The notes beneath the pieces are model-generated. The model was given only the letters and a program-made list of their open reading frames with translations, was not told the DNA's origin and did not search any database. A DNA stretch of 59,566 nucleotides, filler included, from Sphacelaria rigidula (taxonomy: Eukaryota): NCBI GenBank assembly GCA_964200075.2. It is 3 parts of 3 records of this genome, joined end to end, with 100 filler letters (N's around TTAATTAATTAA, not from the genome) between each part and the next. Parts side by side here need not be neighbours in the genome. Positions count along the whole stretch, not along the records: positions 1 to 19,796 come from CAXNAA020000613.1; 2 more parts are not named here. The stretch is one strand, 5' to 3'. Below are positions 1 through 12,700 of this stretch, piece by piece; within the stretch, counting starts at the first letter, position 1, and each line of letters opens with the position of its first letter. The translations under genes were made by a program, and so were the position numbers.

Positions 1-557
1 GTGATCTTGTGCACGCGCGATCTCATTTCTTTGTCCCCTTTTTTCACGAGATGGATCAAATCCGCTGATCATGCCATTCCCCCCCTCCCCCCCCCCCCTT
101 CCCTCCCTCCCATTTATATTTTTTTCTTGGATCGGGCGGCAGATGTTGGAAACTGTGGGCGTGGTGGAGCACGGACTGTTCCTGGACATGTCGTTCGCAG
201 TGATTTCCGCTGGAACTGACGGCATCACTGTCAAGACCAAGTAGATTCGGTGCACGGATAAATAGTCTAGAGCGAAAAAGCCGTAGGTGTTTTTTTCCAC
301 CATTGGCACAGAACCTAGGAGGAAGGGTGAGGTAGTATTGACTATATCCATGTCTGGGGAACAATTTTATGTTCAAATGTGCTGTGGTGGCGGGGAGGTC
401 GGGGGATGGCCCCCCCTTCTTTTAAACATGCCCTAGCTCTGTTTCAGTCCGTTTTTTCACACCCACCCTCGAGTAGATGGGTGCGTTGTCCCGAGATGGC
501 GACAACTTTTTTGCCCACTGTGTGTAATGCGAAATGTAGTTCGGGAGGCGGGGGGGG

Positions 558-674
558 CGTACTCATTTGTTGCTTGCCTAAGTCGTATGACCATTGACCA
601 CGCATCCCTTTCGAGACGNNNNNNNNNNTGGTTTTTGTCTCCCCAGGTTTTAGAGGCGTGCTCGCGCTGGGCGT

Positions 675-676
<2 letters not shown>
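558..676 (-). mobile_element. LINE 3' end, with a possible 5' part across the 10-N gap, between G-runs
   Basis: 558-618 is the reverse complement of the LINE terminus CGTCTCGAAAGGGATGCGTGGTCAATGGTC...AACAAATGAGTAC seen at 22742-22805. G-runs at 550-557 and 677-707. Confidence 0.75.
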
Positions 677-708
<32 letters not shown>

Positions 709-1067
709 AGCAATTGCGTTGTTGTGGTGGAGAGGACTAATTGCCCGGTCTCGTTTGCAGGGGCGATCATAAGTGTAAGCATCTCAAACCACTTTTCGGT
801 TTTCACCATTTCTGTTAACCTCATCGTTTTTTGAGTCTCGACGCCGCTGTACTGCTGTGCATAGCTACGCGGTTGATATACAGCCACCCAGCGGTTGAGC
901 ATGCGTTGAGTAGACGCTTCAGGTTATCATGTACAGCATTATATTCTGGGTGGAGATGGAGCGTTTTTTTTTTTTTCCTTGTGGGCTGAATGATGCCGCG
1001 ATGCCGTCTTCCCCAAGAAGGGCCAAAGCCACACGAATGAATGGCTATACGGCGCATGGAGATGATG

Positions 1068-1298
1068 AGTGGTTTCAGAAACCAGGTCTTGAAATTTATC
1101 ACCAAGATTGCAGAAAAACTGGTTTTGGAAACCAGCCCTTGAAAATCTCATTTCGAATACTGCAGATATTGCTGGTTTCAGAGGAACTAGTTCTTGAAAG
1201 TTGGTTGGATTTATGCAGATAAAGCCGTTTTCAGAAGCCAGTTCTTGAGAATGTTTGAAGAATACAGATGTAGCTGGTTTCAGCAACTAACTCTGAAC
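1068..1298. repeat. Degenerate ~51-bp tandem repeat (5 units)
   Basis: GGTTTCAGAAACCAG.TCTTGAAA-like cores near 1071, 1121, 1174, 1227 and 1276. Confidence 0.6.
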
Positions 1299-1789
1299 AC
1301 TTTTCACACGTAGATTTTGCCTCGGTTCCCATTACATTTTCCAGGAGGGGGGGAGGGGTGTTACCGCGAAAACACTCGGGCTGCTTCGTTGATGTTGTGT
1401 TGACCTTTCGTCTTTCCCGGCTGTACAGGAACGACGGGAAACGTGCATATTGACATGAGGAAGACGATTGTCTCCCGCGTTTGTCGATGATATTGCAGCA
1501 TGCGAGCTTCAGCTTTTTGGTCATGGTGCAGTATTTTTCTCTGCTGAGTTGTCACTCGGTGATGGTGCGTTTGTGCGTACGTCCCGAATTGGGCATGAAT
1601 GAAGGCTTTGCTCATGATGTCAATACGCGATTTCGCCCCTCTTGCATCACAAGTCCGTGCGTTTTCCTGTGGAGGGTGTTGACTAGGGTGCTTTCTTTCA
1701 CGGAAAAATCGCTGCTCATCACCTTGTGCTTAGCGTCAAGATAATGAGCAGTCAGCGCCGACTGGTGAGCTCAGTGGTTGTTCTGTCAT

Positions 1790-2060
1790 CTTGAAACAGT
1801 TTCAAGGATGGGACAAATAATGGTTCGTCTGGAAATTACTTGGTTTCAGTATAACGAGTCGACTCGTGATGACTCAATCCCTAGGCTTTATTTCAGCGTT
1901 GCAACCCAGGTACAGGCAGCCCAGACACGTGGAATGGCGCAAAAGTTCTTGGATACCCTTTGAACCAGCGATTCATTTTTTTCTCCTTTTGGGGGCAATC
2001 AGATCGAAGAAATCGTGAATTCGGTAATTTTGAGTCGTTATGATTCGTCCTAACCGTGAA
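1790..2060. repeat. Dispersed repeat, also at 12535-12797 (direct) and ~9505-9650 (inverted)
   Basis: Shared GGAAATTACTTGGTTT...GACTCGTGATGA...CGTGGAATG.CGCAAAAGTT...GAAATCGTGAATT; reverse complement in EEF2 intron 5. Confidence 0.8.
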
Positions 2061-3745
2061 CAGTTTGTCTTCGTCGTGCCTGAGTCCGATTGTCATGTTC
2101 CATTCTGGCCGATTTTCCTCGTGGTTAAAGAGGAGGTAGGATAACAAATAAACCCTGGAGGGACTAGGGGCGTCGATCACAGTGATAGCAGCCCTGGGGC
2201 GAAACGGGGGACTCGATCTACAGACTCAACAGCTTGGACGAAGATTGACATAAACTCTTGTTAAGATGACGCAACAACTGAGTAGTCAGCACTCACCGCA
2301 AAGGGTCGCTATTAATGGAACTCCTTAAAACTCTCTCGACTCTTTCGGAATTTTTTCCTACTCAAGCAAGAAGAAAAATGCTGGAAAACATCCAACTCTG
2401 GATGTTCCGAGTCATATGCAGTCAATCATTTCGTTCTATCCCTTGACGTGGTCGAGAGATCTTCTGCCTGCCTCATTTCTCGGGATTTTTTTTTTTGTTC
2501 CGGAAAAGCCGCAAAAGTGGTCGAAAAAAACTGCCCCGTCAGCAACGACCCTTATTCGCTCACTGGTTCAGTGGTTTTTCCGTCATATTGATGGTAGTAT
2601 AGCTAATTTGATTGATCATCCACCTTGCCCGGCACACGGGGCGTCGTACTCTGTCACACACCGGACACTTCACACGAGAAACTTGAAAAACTGTTGCTGA
2701 AGCTCTTTTTCTAGATTTGACATATTCTCATGTGCGCGATACGCCACCCGCCCGTCTATTTGGATCGGCATGATCGGATCATGGCACGTAACCATCTATT
2801 ACACCTGTAGTGCTTATCTCCCTCGCCGTGACCCCCCGTCTTCGATGCAATATGCATCGCGCCACAAACCCATACCACGTGCTAGACATACATGCACACA
2901 GACATGCGCGGGCGCGCGCGCCGCCAAGTCCCTTTGAATCTTGTCCTCGACTATTCATTCCTCCAGAACCAAACGAACGGGAAAACCTCACTCACCGAAC
3001 CGCAACAAGTCAGCACAACCGCCACCACCCTGTGAACCTCACGGTATTCTCGAATCTTCTCGATGATCTTGAGAACAAAAAAACACAAACAGAAATGCCT
3101 CACCACCATAGCACAAGTGCTCTAGAAGCACAACACTAAGAGCACTATGCGAGTATGTTCTGGAAGGTCATGACCTCGTCTCGATCGTCGTATCAAATCG
3201 CTTTACGATCCTTTAAAGGCGTGTAGAAAATCGACGTATCGACGATCACACCATTGTTTTGGACAGCACAATATATTGAGATCCATCGGCCGCATTTGCC
3301 CTTTCTCGCTGTGTTTTCTGTCAAACTGCCACGGACATCACCATCATTTCAAGTGTTGTTCTCCAAAAAAATACATGCGTGTAGACTTACTCAAGAAGCA
3401 AGTCATTGTTGCGTCTTTTCTCTCTCATCCGCGCACCGCGGGGGGGAACCATCGATCGCGAAATCTTCGCGATGCATGTCAAGAAGTTTCGAGAACAATC
3501 AACACACAATAATATTACCCCTGTCCCCTTTCTGGAAAGAATGCCTTTTTAATATATCAGGTGTCACCTCCTCCAAGAGGAATGAGGAATGACTCTCGAC
3601 AGTAGTGTCGGAACTAGAGGTCATCACTCGAAGGTGCCTGTTCATCTGCCTGTCATCACACATACCCCCGCACCTTCCCGGGTTCGACAACTTTCCCACC
3701 CACCCCACAAGTTTCTCGTCGGCCGCGGCCTTACCTTCCGTCACC

Positions 3746-6700
3746 ATGGTAAGTGCGTTTGACCTGCGTTGGTTGCATGTGCCTCTTTTGTTGTTTAGCT
3801 GAGTGGTCGTTTTGGACACCCATGCGTCTTTGACAGAGATTCGCTTCCACGTTTCCCAGCTAAAGCATTTTAGTGGTTTTGAAGCTGCTGGGTGCGGTCG
3901 GGCCAAGGGAATGTCTGAGCAAGCACTGACATGGGGGAGGGCGGGCCGGGAGTGGACGAAGGAATAATGGCCTTGAAGCTGCAGCAGACGGAGGAGAGGA
4001 GGACTTGGCTTAAGCAGATGCCCTGCTCGAAGGGCGTGCAGGCTTGCTGTGGTCGTATCTCTCTGCTTGTGTGTTTTCGTGCGGCGCGTATGCACCTGAC
4101 GGAGGAAACCCCATACTTCGAAGAGGCAGGGCTGCCCACCACCGCCCACCACCATCACGGAGCTTCAGCTCAAGTGAAGAATTACCCGGTGTGCCGTATA
4201 TTGCACCTTCGACCATCCTCCGCAGTCTTGTTGATTGGTTCCTCTGATGCCCGGTGCTGGCACAATGTGTGTACGATACCCTCACGTGCAGGTGAACTTC
4301 ACGACGGATCAGCTGCGGGAAATCATGGACAAGAAGCACAACATCCGGAATATGTCCGTGATCGCGCACGTGGACCACGGCAAGTCCACCCTGACGGACT
4401 CGCTCGTGTCCAAGGCTGGTATCATCGCCGCGAAAAACGCCGGGGAGGCCCGCTTTACCGACACCCGGCAGGATGAGCAGGACCGGTGCATCACCATCAA
4501 GTCGACGGGTATCTCCATGTTCTTCGAGTACAACCTCGATGCGGGAGAGAAGGTGCGTGTGTTTTTTGTGCGGTTGGGGGGTGTACTGCTGTTCTACTCG
4601 AGAACTGGGGGCACGAGTGAAACGGGCGATTTGCTTTTTCCAAGATGTTGTACGTACTGACTGTGAGATTCGGATATCTAACTCGTTTCGCCATGCCACA
4701 CGCTTCCGATTCGCCCACCACTGAACAACTCACGAGTTCCCGATCGTGGGTAACGTTCGCCACGAACTTTCAGAAACGACTTGTATTCCGTGCGGGGTAC
4801 CGTCAGGTGAATCTGTAAGGCACGACCTTGAAACATCGTAGCGTACACGAGTGGCAGACGATGTGGGGTGGTCCATAAACCGTGTTCTTGACACATTTTT
4901 CTTCCCGTCGACTCGTCGGATTTGACGTCCGCACGAGTTACTCTCAAATGGTCCAGTCGACCGCCAGTCAAATGGCTATAATGACAACGTCCATTATACG
5001 TCGAGTGCGAAAGTGGGGTTGCGGGACCTTCCCTCAAAACATTTGTAGGCGATATTATAACTTGTCCTATAGGTGCACAACGCAGTGCGTACTGTGTCCG
5101 TAACCTGCATGGCCACAAACTGTCTGTATGAGATCTAATTTGCATCGGGTGTGTTTTTAATCTTGCGTTAGCTCGGCTACGTATTTCTCCGACCGTTCCA
5201 TTCTGGAAGGCAACCGAGAGATGAATACCGAGAGATGAACTCCGGTATACCATACGGGGATGCGCCAAAAATGTTTCATCAGCCTAATACGTTCATCTTA
5301 CAGTCCCTGTCACCCACGGAATTCAACAAAATGGGCGGACTCCGCACTGCGCAGTTTTGTCTGATGCTATCGCAAATGAAGATGACGCCCACGACAGGGG
5401 CCGTACATCCTTGTTTCCTAGTCATCCACGGTTCACATCCGTTTGGTGTTGTAGCTGTCATATGTCACGTGTGATTCGTACAACAAATTCCAGTACGGAT
5501 GGTGTGACGGCACGACTAATATGTATCGCCAGCCACGATTCCCCCCTTTACAGGCTTGATGTTTTCGTAGTCTGGAAGATCAGACGTGATGTGCACTGAA
5601 TTGACGGCGTTCGTGTGACTACCAACTCACATACTTCCAGGAAATACGAGGTCTTCCCTCGCGGGACTCAACTTTCATCTAGGTCGTGACCAGTGTTGTT
5701 ACTTGATTCCGTCCATGGACGTTTCCGCATGATCTTTGAGGCCGATCCTCGTGGAGGCGGAGGAGCTCCCAGAACTCCAAAAGTCACCTGATGGATAATT
5801 GGACGAATAGGCGTGCAGCACTACTTCGCAATTGTTGAACGAGACGGCTGCACGTTTCTTGCGGTTTTTGAGTCACTCATCGTTAGGTCGAGGCGTTTGC
5901 TATCTCTCCCGTGGTCCTCCGACCCCACCATGAGTGTTGGTGAATCCGGTGGAACGCTGCCTGACCGTTGCATGCACGTCGCCCGATGTGTCGACCTGTC
6001 TGTCATAGGGACGAGTGAACAATCTCCAACGATCAACTCTTCCCTCCCCCGGCAAGGATTCCGATTCACGGGCTGAACCTTTACGCACGATCTCGACCTT
6101 CGTGAAATTGAAGTAAGCCGTTGAGTCTTGGATGCTCTTGAATCCATACGCCGTGCCGGCCGCAAATATACCCTTCATTGAGGCAACAGCCGAGCCGAGC
6201 CAGATGCATTCGAGGGGAGGTCAACGAGTGTTTTTTCCGCCGTCATGCTGCTTAATATTTCAATAACGGACTATCTGGGAACCTGCCCTGTTGAACGTCA
6301 TCCGCGACTACTCGGCGGGATGCACACCCTGGCGGATCACGAGGATTTTACCGAACTATCCCGATGTGGATGAATGCTTCGAAATCTCCGTGAAAGACAT
6401 GTAGAATATCCCTGTGGAGGCCATGTCCTGCATCGCCCATGCGTTGCGTGAAGTTCACGATACAAGGCCTCTGGGATGCTGTCTCCGAGCGATAGTTTTT
6501 GAGGAGCGCCCTCATGTTGTCAGTTACTCGAACCAAGGAATGTCCTCATGTTGTCAACTGGGGATTCAAGAATCTACTCGAACCAAGAAACTCTGACACT
6601 GCTTGCCATTTACGCCCCGCTTACCTCATGATGCGAAACAAACATCCCAAAGCAGAGGGTTAAACACGGACGGAAGTTCAGCTTCCGAGAAACAGGTGTT

Positions 6701-9700
6701 GGTGTGTTGACCGCATTTTTGGATCTGTCGTGGGCATGATTCGTGATGCCAGAGTCAAGAAGACACTTCTGTCTTCCGTGCTACGATGGTTTTTATTTTG
6801 AAATGGCCCAATGTGGAGCTGTCCCCGGCCCTTGCCGTGTCGAGAATGGCCCTGCCATCACGAATCGTCGATGATGGAATCGGCATGACCGTATCGATGA
6901 GAACACCAACGTTGACTTTGCAAGCTTCGTAAGGACATCGAGCTCTCAGCCTGCTTTTGGAGGTGGATCGTGGTGGTCGAAATTAAAGAGACGATTGAAG
7001 TTGCCCTTTCACACCGTACATTCTCGACCAAGAAATGGTGTGCCAAGACATGCCCCACAATTCCCCTTACTTGCTCTCATGGAATTTGTGAACTGAAAAC
7101 TGACATTCCGTGATGGATTGGTGAACCATGAACAGGTAACCCGGTCCGAGCTGGAGGCCAAGGCCTCGAAGTCTGCTGGCGAGACCGCAGAAGAGGCGAA
7201 GGTGGCGGCAGACGCTGCGGCCGCGGCCGCGGAGTCCGAGGGCCCCAAGGCTGACCACGTGCAGATCGACGAAAGCTCCTTCCTCATCAACCTCATCGAC
7301 TCCCCCGGTCACGTCGACTTTTCGTCCGAGGTGAAGAGAGGGGGTGGGGGAAGATTGGCAGTACATATTGGCCACATGATGGCATGATGAGTGTTCTTTG
7401 TCGGAAACTCACACAGAATTTCCAGTCGGACCTTCCTGTTTTGAAACTTGTACAGCCGAAATTGTGCGTAGTCCCAGCAAAAATTATCATGTGACGGGCG
7501 TTGAACACGGCGGGATGTGGCGTCGATGATTCGCCACGCTGAGTGCGGACTGCGTGATGAAAACGCCCAGGATTGTGTCGCATACTCGAGTCACCTGTAG
7601 TGTACGTACTTCAGTACACGGGATATGGGAAGCGCCGGAACGAGAGGAACAACAGCACAACAATATTTGCGACGAGACAAGCGAACATCGAGGGGTGCGT
7701 TGTCGCCGCAGGGTTCAATCGCGATACTCTCGTATCGGAATACTGACATCTTACAATATCCGTGAGCGCTGGCGCCCATACCAGCAGCCCGGCGTCCAGG
7801 GTATCTTACGTCCTGCGTCCTTGACGGTGCAGAAATCTCATGATTTCAACGGTGTTTTTTCCCCCTCCTCGATGCATCAAACCATGGTCCTTGAATAGTG
7901 ACGGCATGTATTATGAAGAATGCACTGGGTGACCACGCGACTGACGCGGACGCGGCGTCAGCTCCCAATCATCCAATTTTTTGCTCACGTCCCATCCCGT
8001 CACTCAGGTTACCGCCGCGCTTCGTGTGACCGATGGTGCCCTTGTGGTGGTGGACTGTGTCGAGGGAGTGTGTGTGCAAACGGAAACCGTTCTCCGTCAG
8101 GCCATTGGCGAGCGTGTGAGGCCCGTCGTCATGGTGAACAAGGTAAGCATGCCGTCCGTCATGGTGATGTCGAACACGACATGTAGTCGGGGTCGTGCGA
8201 GTCATACCGCGATCCTCTATGTGACGTGGAGGATTCATATGCCCTTCGAGGCGTCGATGTGAAGATTTTCGACCTTGTCGGAGTCGGAGTGGAGGGGGGA
8301 GTTGTACAATTCGAGTGTCGTCTATACTTTGAAATCAAATGGTAAACTACAGATCTCGAGAAACCACACAGTCTGAAAAAAAAGTGTGCTTCGTACAGTA
8401 CAACAATGTGCCTGTTGCATTCAACGGAAAATGAGCTACAGTGGTACCCTTCTTCACGACCACGTCCTTCTGCCGTGTGTGTGGTGATCTCATACCCATG
8501 AAAATGCCCCTGCGCGTTAGATGAGAGCATGGATGTAGGCTGATGGACCCGCAATTTGGTGGTTGCTCTCGGTTTCCTGAACGGAAACAAACTCGTGAGC
8601 GACGTGTCTGGAAGCGGATCAATCCCGAACAAGAGACAAGGGACGTCTACGCGTGATTCCCGACTCAGTGCTGTTGCACAATGCCCCTCCTTGATGACTT
8701 GTCAGGAACCGTGCTTCTACTGTCGATTTGCGTCACGATCACATCTAGATTCCAGGGGAATCTAAAAGGTCGGGGCTCGTCGTCATCCTGTCGTGAATAC
8801 TGCGATGCCTCAGTGAGAGATATCCTGATCCGTGGCGCATCGATCGAATGCGCTGCTCTGCCCCGCGATGTGTCGGGAGTCTTTCTCGTTGAAAACGGAA
8901 GACGCGAGGTCCATTCTTTCGTTTTTAACTATTGGTGATGTGACTGAACAGGTCGACCGTGCCCTGCTGGAGCTCCAGCTACCCCCTGAGGAGATGTACC
9001 AGTCGTTCGCCCGTGCCATCGAGTCCGTGAACGTCATCATAGCTACGTACAACGATGAGCTCCTCGGTGACGTGCAGGTGCGCAACCGAGTAACAGTTCG
9101 TGGGAGAATGTCCAGCCATATACTAGGGGGAGGCAGTAACACCGAAAAAAGCAAGAGTTATGGCGACACTCCTTGTCACTTCTTTTTCGCCGATGTGCCA
9201 CACCTCTAGTAGTCATGATGGGATATGCACCGCGATCAGCGTCGACAGTAACAGTGACAGACAAAATTCTCGAGTAACTTTGAGACGCAAATTCAATACC
9301 CACTAACCACCCTCGCCTAGCATTGGGACCTAGCGAGCAAATACCGGAGCTCGCTGTTCCGCCGGTGTCGATGACGGCCCGCGTGGTGTCCGATTACGAA
9401 ACGGACACGGCCTCGACCGGTGTCGTTTTTCCGGCCAAAATTCTTGGAGACAACCTGTCATGTAATTTCGTGAACTCCACAATAGCCGATCTTGTGAAAA
9501 ATACTTCACGGTCGGGACAAATCATCACGACTCGTAATCACCAAATTCACAATTTCTTCGGACTGATGGCCGGAAAAAAAGGGAAAATTTGATCGATCGC
9601 TGGTCCAAGGGGTATCCACGCAACTTGAGCGCCATTCCACATATCTGTGCCGCGTCAAATTATATATGTCCGATCCTTGGAATATTCGAACAAACTAATG

Positions 9701-12700
9701 AGTATTTGATCGTACACTGCGTTCTCCGGACTTACAGGTGTACCCCGATAAAGGTACCGTCGCTTTCGGATCCGGACTTCACCAGTGGGGTTTTACCCTC
9801 AAGAAGTTCGCAAAGCTTTACGCTGCGAAGTTCGGCATCCAAGAAGAGAAGATGATGCAAAAGCTGTGGGGTGACTGGTACTTCGACGCCGGGGGGAAGA
9901 AGGTGGGGGGAAGCAAATATGTTGTAGACGGATTTGGTGCCTATTTTCGTGCGGATGTTGACTCCCCCCCCCCAAATACCTGTCAAGCCGGACGACTTTT
10001 ACGTTGCAGTACAAGGTCCCTGCATCCACATGGTCATCCTTCACCAAATCTTGAGTGAATGAACTGTTTGTTGCTGCAGCATCACGCGGGGTGGGCACGG
10101 GGTGCTCACAGACGTCGAACATGACTCTACCTCGAACAACGCTCGCAGCGATGAATTGCTTCAAAATTCTAATGGGTAAAGAAGGATGAACATATTTCCG
10201 AGAGCGTTGAACTTTGTCTAGTACGTTCGTCGTAGACTTGATCCAATTGCCATATACACGGTGTAGAAAACTCACTGCAAAATGTCATGATGACAGTGAC
10301 GGCGACCCATGAATCGAGAAGCTGTGAGTCTGGTAACGCCAGGATCCGCGTTTGGTGATCCGTCACATCTTGGGCGAGCAACTGAGCGATCGCGACGAGT
10401 CTTTTCGCTGTTTGCCCCACAGAGGCGGGTGCCGGTAGCCGTCATCCTGGTCTCTGTGATTATTTTGGCTCCACCGGCATAGAAAACGGTCCTGATTTGG
10501 AGACGTACATTTTTTTTTTGTCCTCGGTTCCTCAACGTGAGCTGCCCCGCCCTCTCCTTTTTTCCCGTGTGCGATTTCGTCGTGATATCCACCGCGTTCT
10601 ACTCCCGTCGTTGTACCTCGGGATATCCCTGTACTTGCAGTGGAAGAAGAACAGCGACAATGGCAAGTTCGAGCGTGCCTTCTGCCAATTCATCATGACA
10701 CCCATCTGCAAAATGTTCGAGGCCATTATGGAGGACAAGAAGCAGAAGATCGCGAAGATGTTGACTGCGGTGGGCGTCACCCTCAAGGGAGACGAGAAGG
10801 TGTGTCGATCCACGATCTGGTCCTGGGCACTATTGACCTGACTTCAGAGAGGAACCCCATCAAGTGAGGACAGCACATATTGCCCACAGATGGCATCCTC
10901 GGAGGGGCGGTCCAACGTTGAGTCTAAAGACGGGTGCCTGAATCTTGAGCTTGTCGCTGATGATAACCACTCCCATGCTTCTCGTGTGTTTCGCAGGACC
11001 TCACAGGAAAGCCTCTCCTGAAGCGCGTTATGCAGAAGTGGTTGCCCGCCGCCGACGCGGTCCTGGAGATGATCGTGGTTCACTTGCCTTCGCCACCTCA
11101 GGCCCAAAAGTACCGCGTTGAGAATCTTTACGACGGACCTCTCGATGACGAGGTGGCCAACTCGATTCGTACATGCGACACCTCGCCCGGAGCACCCTTG
11201 TGCATGTGAGTCCAATCTGTGCAGGAAAATTCGAATGTGCATGCAATTTCCTGGCATTAATGTATCTTGATGAACCTCACCCGCGCACAAAGCGCCGATA
11301 ATGGAAAGTTTTCGTGTAAGGTTGGCGATATCGTACCCTTAAAATTCGAAATGTTCGAGAGTCACCATGAAAAAGTATCCGACTTCCTCGAAGCGCCTTG
11401 TCGGCCCCGGAATTTGTACGAAATACCCTTGTGCATGTGAGTCCTATTCGTTCCAAAAAATTCGAATTTGCATGCAAATTCCTCGCATTTCAAGCAACTT
11501 GACAAATCTCACCCGCGCATAAAGCGCCGATACCGGAAAGTTTCCGTCTGAGGGTAGCGATATCGTACCCTCGAAACTTGGAATGTTCGGGATATAATGG
11601 AGAAATTTCCGACTTCCTCGAAGCGCCTTGTCGGCTCCGGAATTGGTACGAAATTAATCACCATCCAGAAGTTGCATGCTAGTGCGTGTCGACGGATGCA
11701 CGGCTGATGGCACGCGCCGTGGGCGCGTGTCAGCCCCTGAACGAGAGCAAGTGTGTGGTAGTAACTCGATTTTAAATATTCTGCCGACTTGGGCTGGATC
11801 ACAAGGATCAACATTCAACATTAGACGCGCGCATTTGATTATTCGTTTACTCAACTTGGTCAGGTACGTGTCCAAGATGGTGCCGACCAGCGACAAGGGG
11901 CGTTTCTACGCCTTCGGTCGCGTGTTCGCCGGAACTATCGCCACCGGACAGAAAGTGCGCATCCTGGGTCCCAACTACGTCCCCGGCAAAAAAACCGATC
12001 TCTGGGTCAAGAACATCCAGCGTACCATCATCATGATGGGTCGGTGAGTAGACTCTTGCTCAGCAGGTCATACGTGAGCTGCCGTGATGATCAGTGTTCA
12101 CCCTGTGTGGGACTATAAAACGCCTACTTGAGCTCGAGATACAACAAAATAATCATTTCGGCTCCCAACCCTTCTACGGTTGGATAGCGTACTCGTCTCG
12201 CTGTCGAGTTCGACGTATTCGAGGTATGACGTCGGACCCGGCGGAAGTTCGCGAAAATATTATTTGCCTTGAAAAGATGAGATGTACTGGACTTGATTCC
12301 GTCTCGGGTCTTGACGATGACTCATGTTTTCATTTACTTTTCCCGAGTTCTTCCCATCCACCCTTTTCCCACCGTCATCCGGATTTTCTCCCATCACGCT
12401 TCTCACGTTCAATAACCTGTACAGGTACGTGGAGCAAGTCCAGAACATCCCGGCTGGTAACACGTGCGGTCTCGTCGGTGTCGATCAGTACCTGCTCAAG
12501 GTGAGCTGGAATCATCCGACGTGATTCTAGGTGTCTTGATGAGTATCTCACGGTTGGGGCAAATAATGATTCGTCAGGAAATTACTTGGTTTTAGTATTA
12601 CAAGTTGACTCGTGATGAATGAATCCCCATGACTCATTTTAGCGTTACAACCTAGGTACACGCAGCATAAACGCGTGGAATGTCGCAAAAGTTGCGTGGG

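Noticed and set aside
4010-4699. Long minus-strand ORFs opposite EEF2 exons and Gypsy ORFs
   Set aside because: Antisense shadows of GC-rich coding sequence.
4553-7135. Short ORFs in the large EEF2 intron 2
   Set aside because: No recognisable domain in any frame; probably decayed repeat sequence.
10287-10385. ATGATGA...CTGA pair in EEF2 intron 6 (similar pair at 14065-14112)
   Set aside because: No terminal stem and no convincing rRNA-complementary guide.
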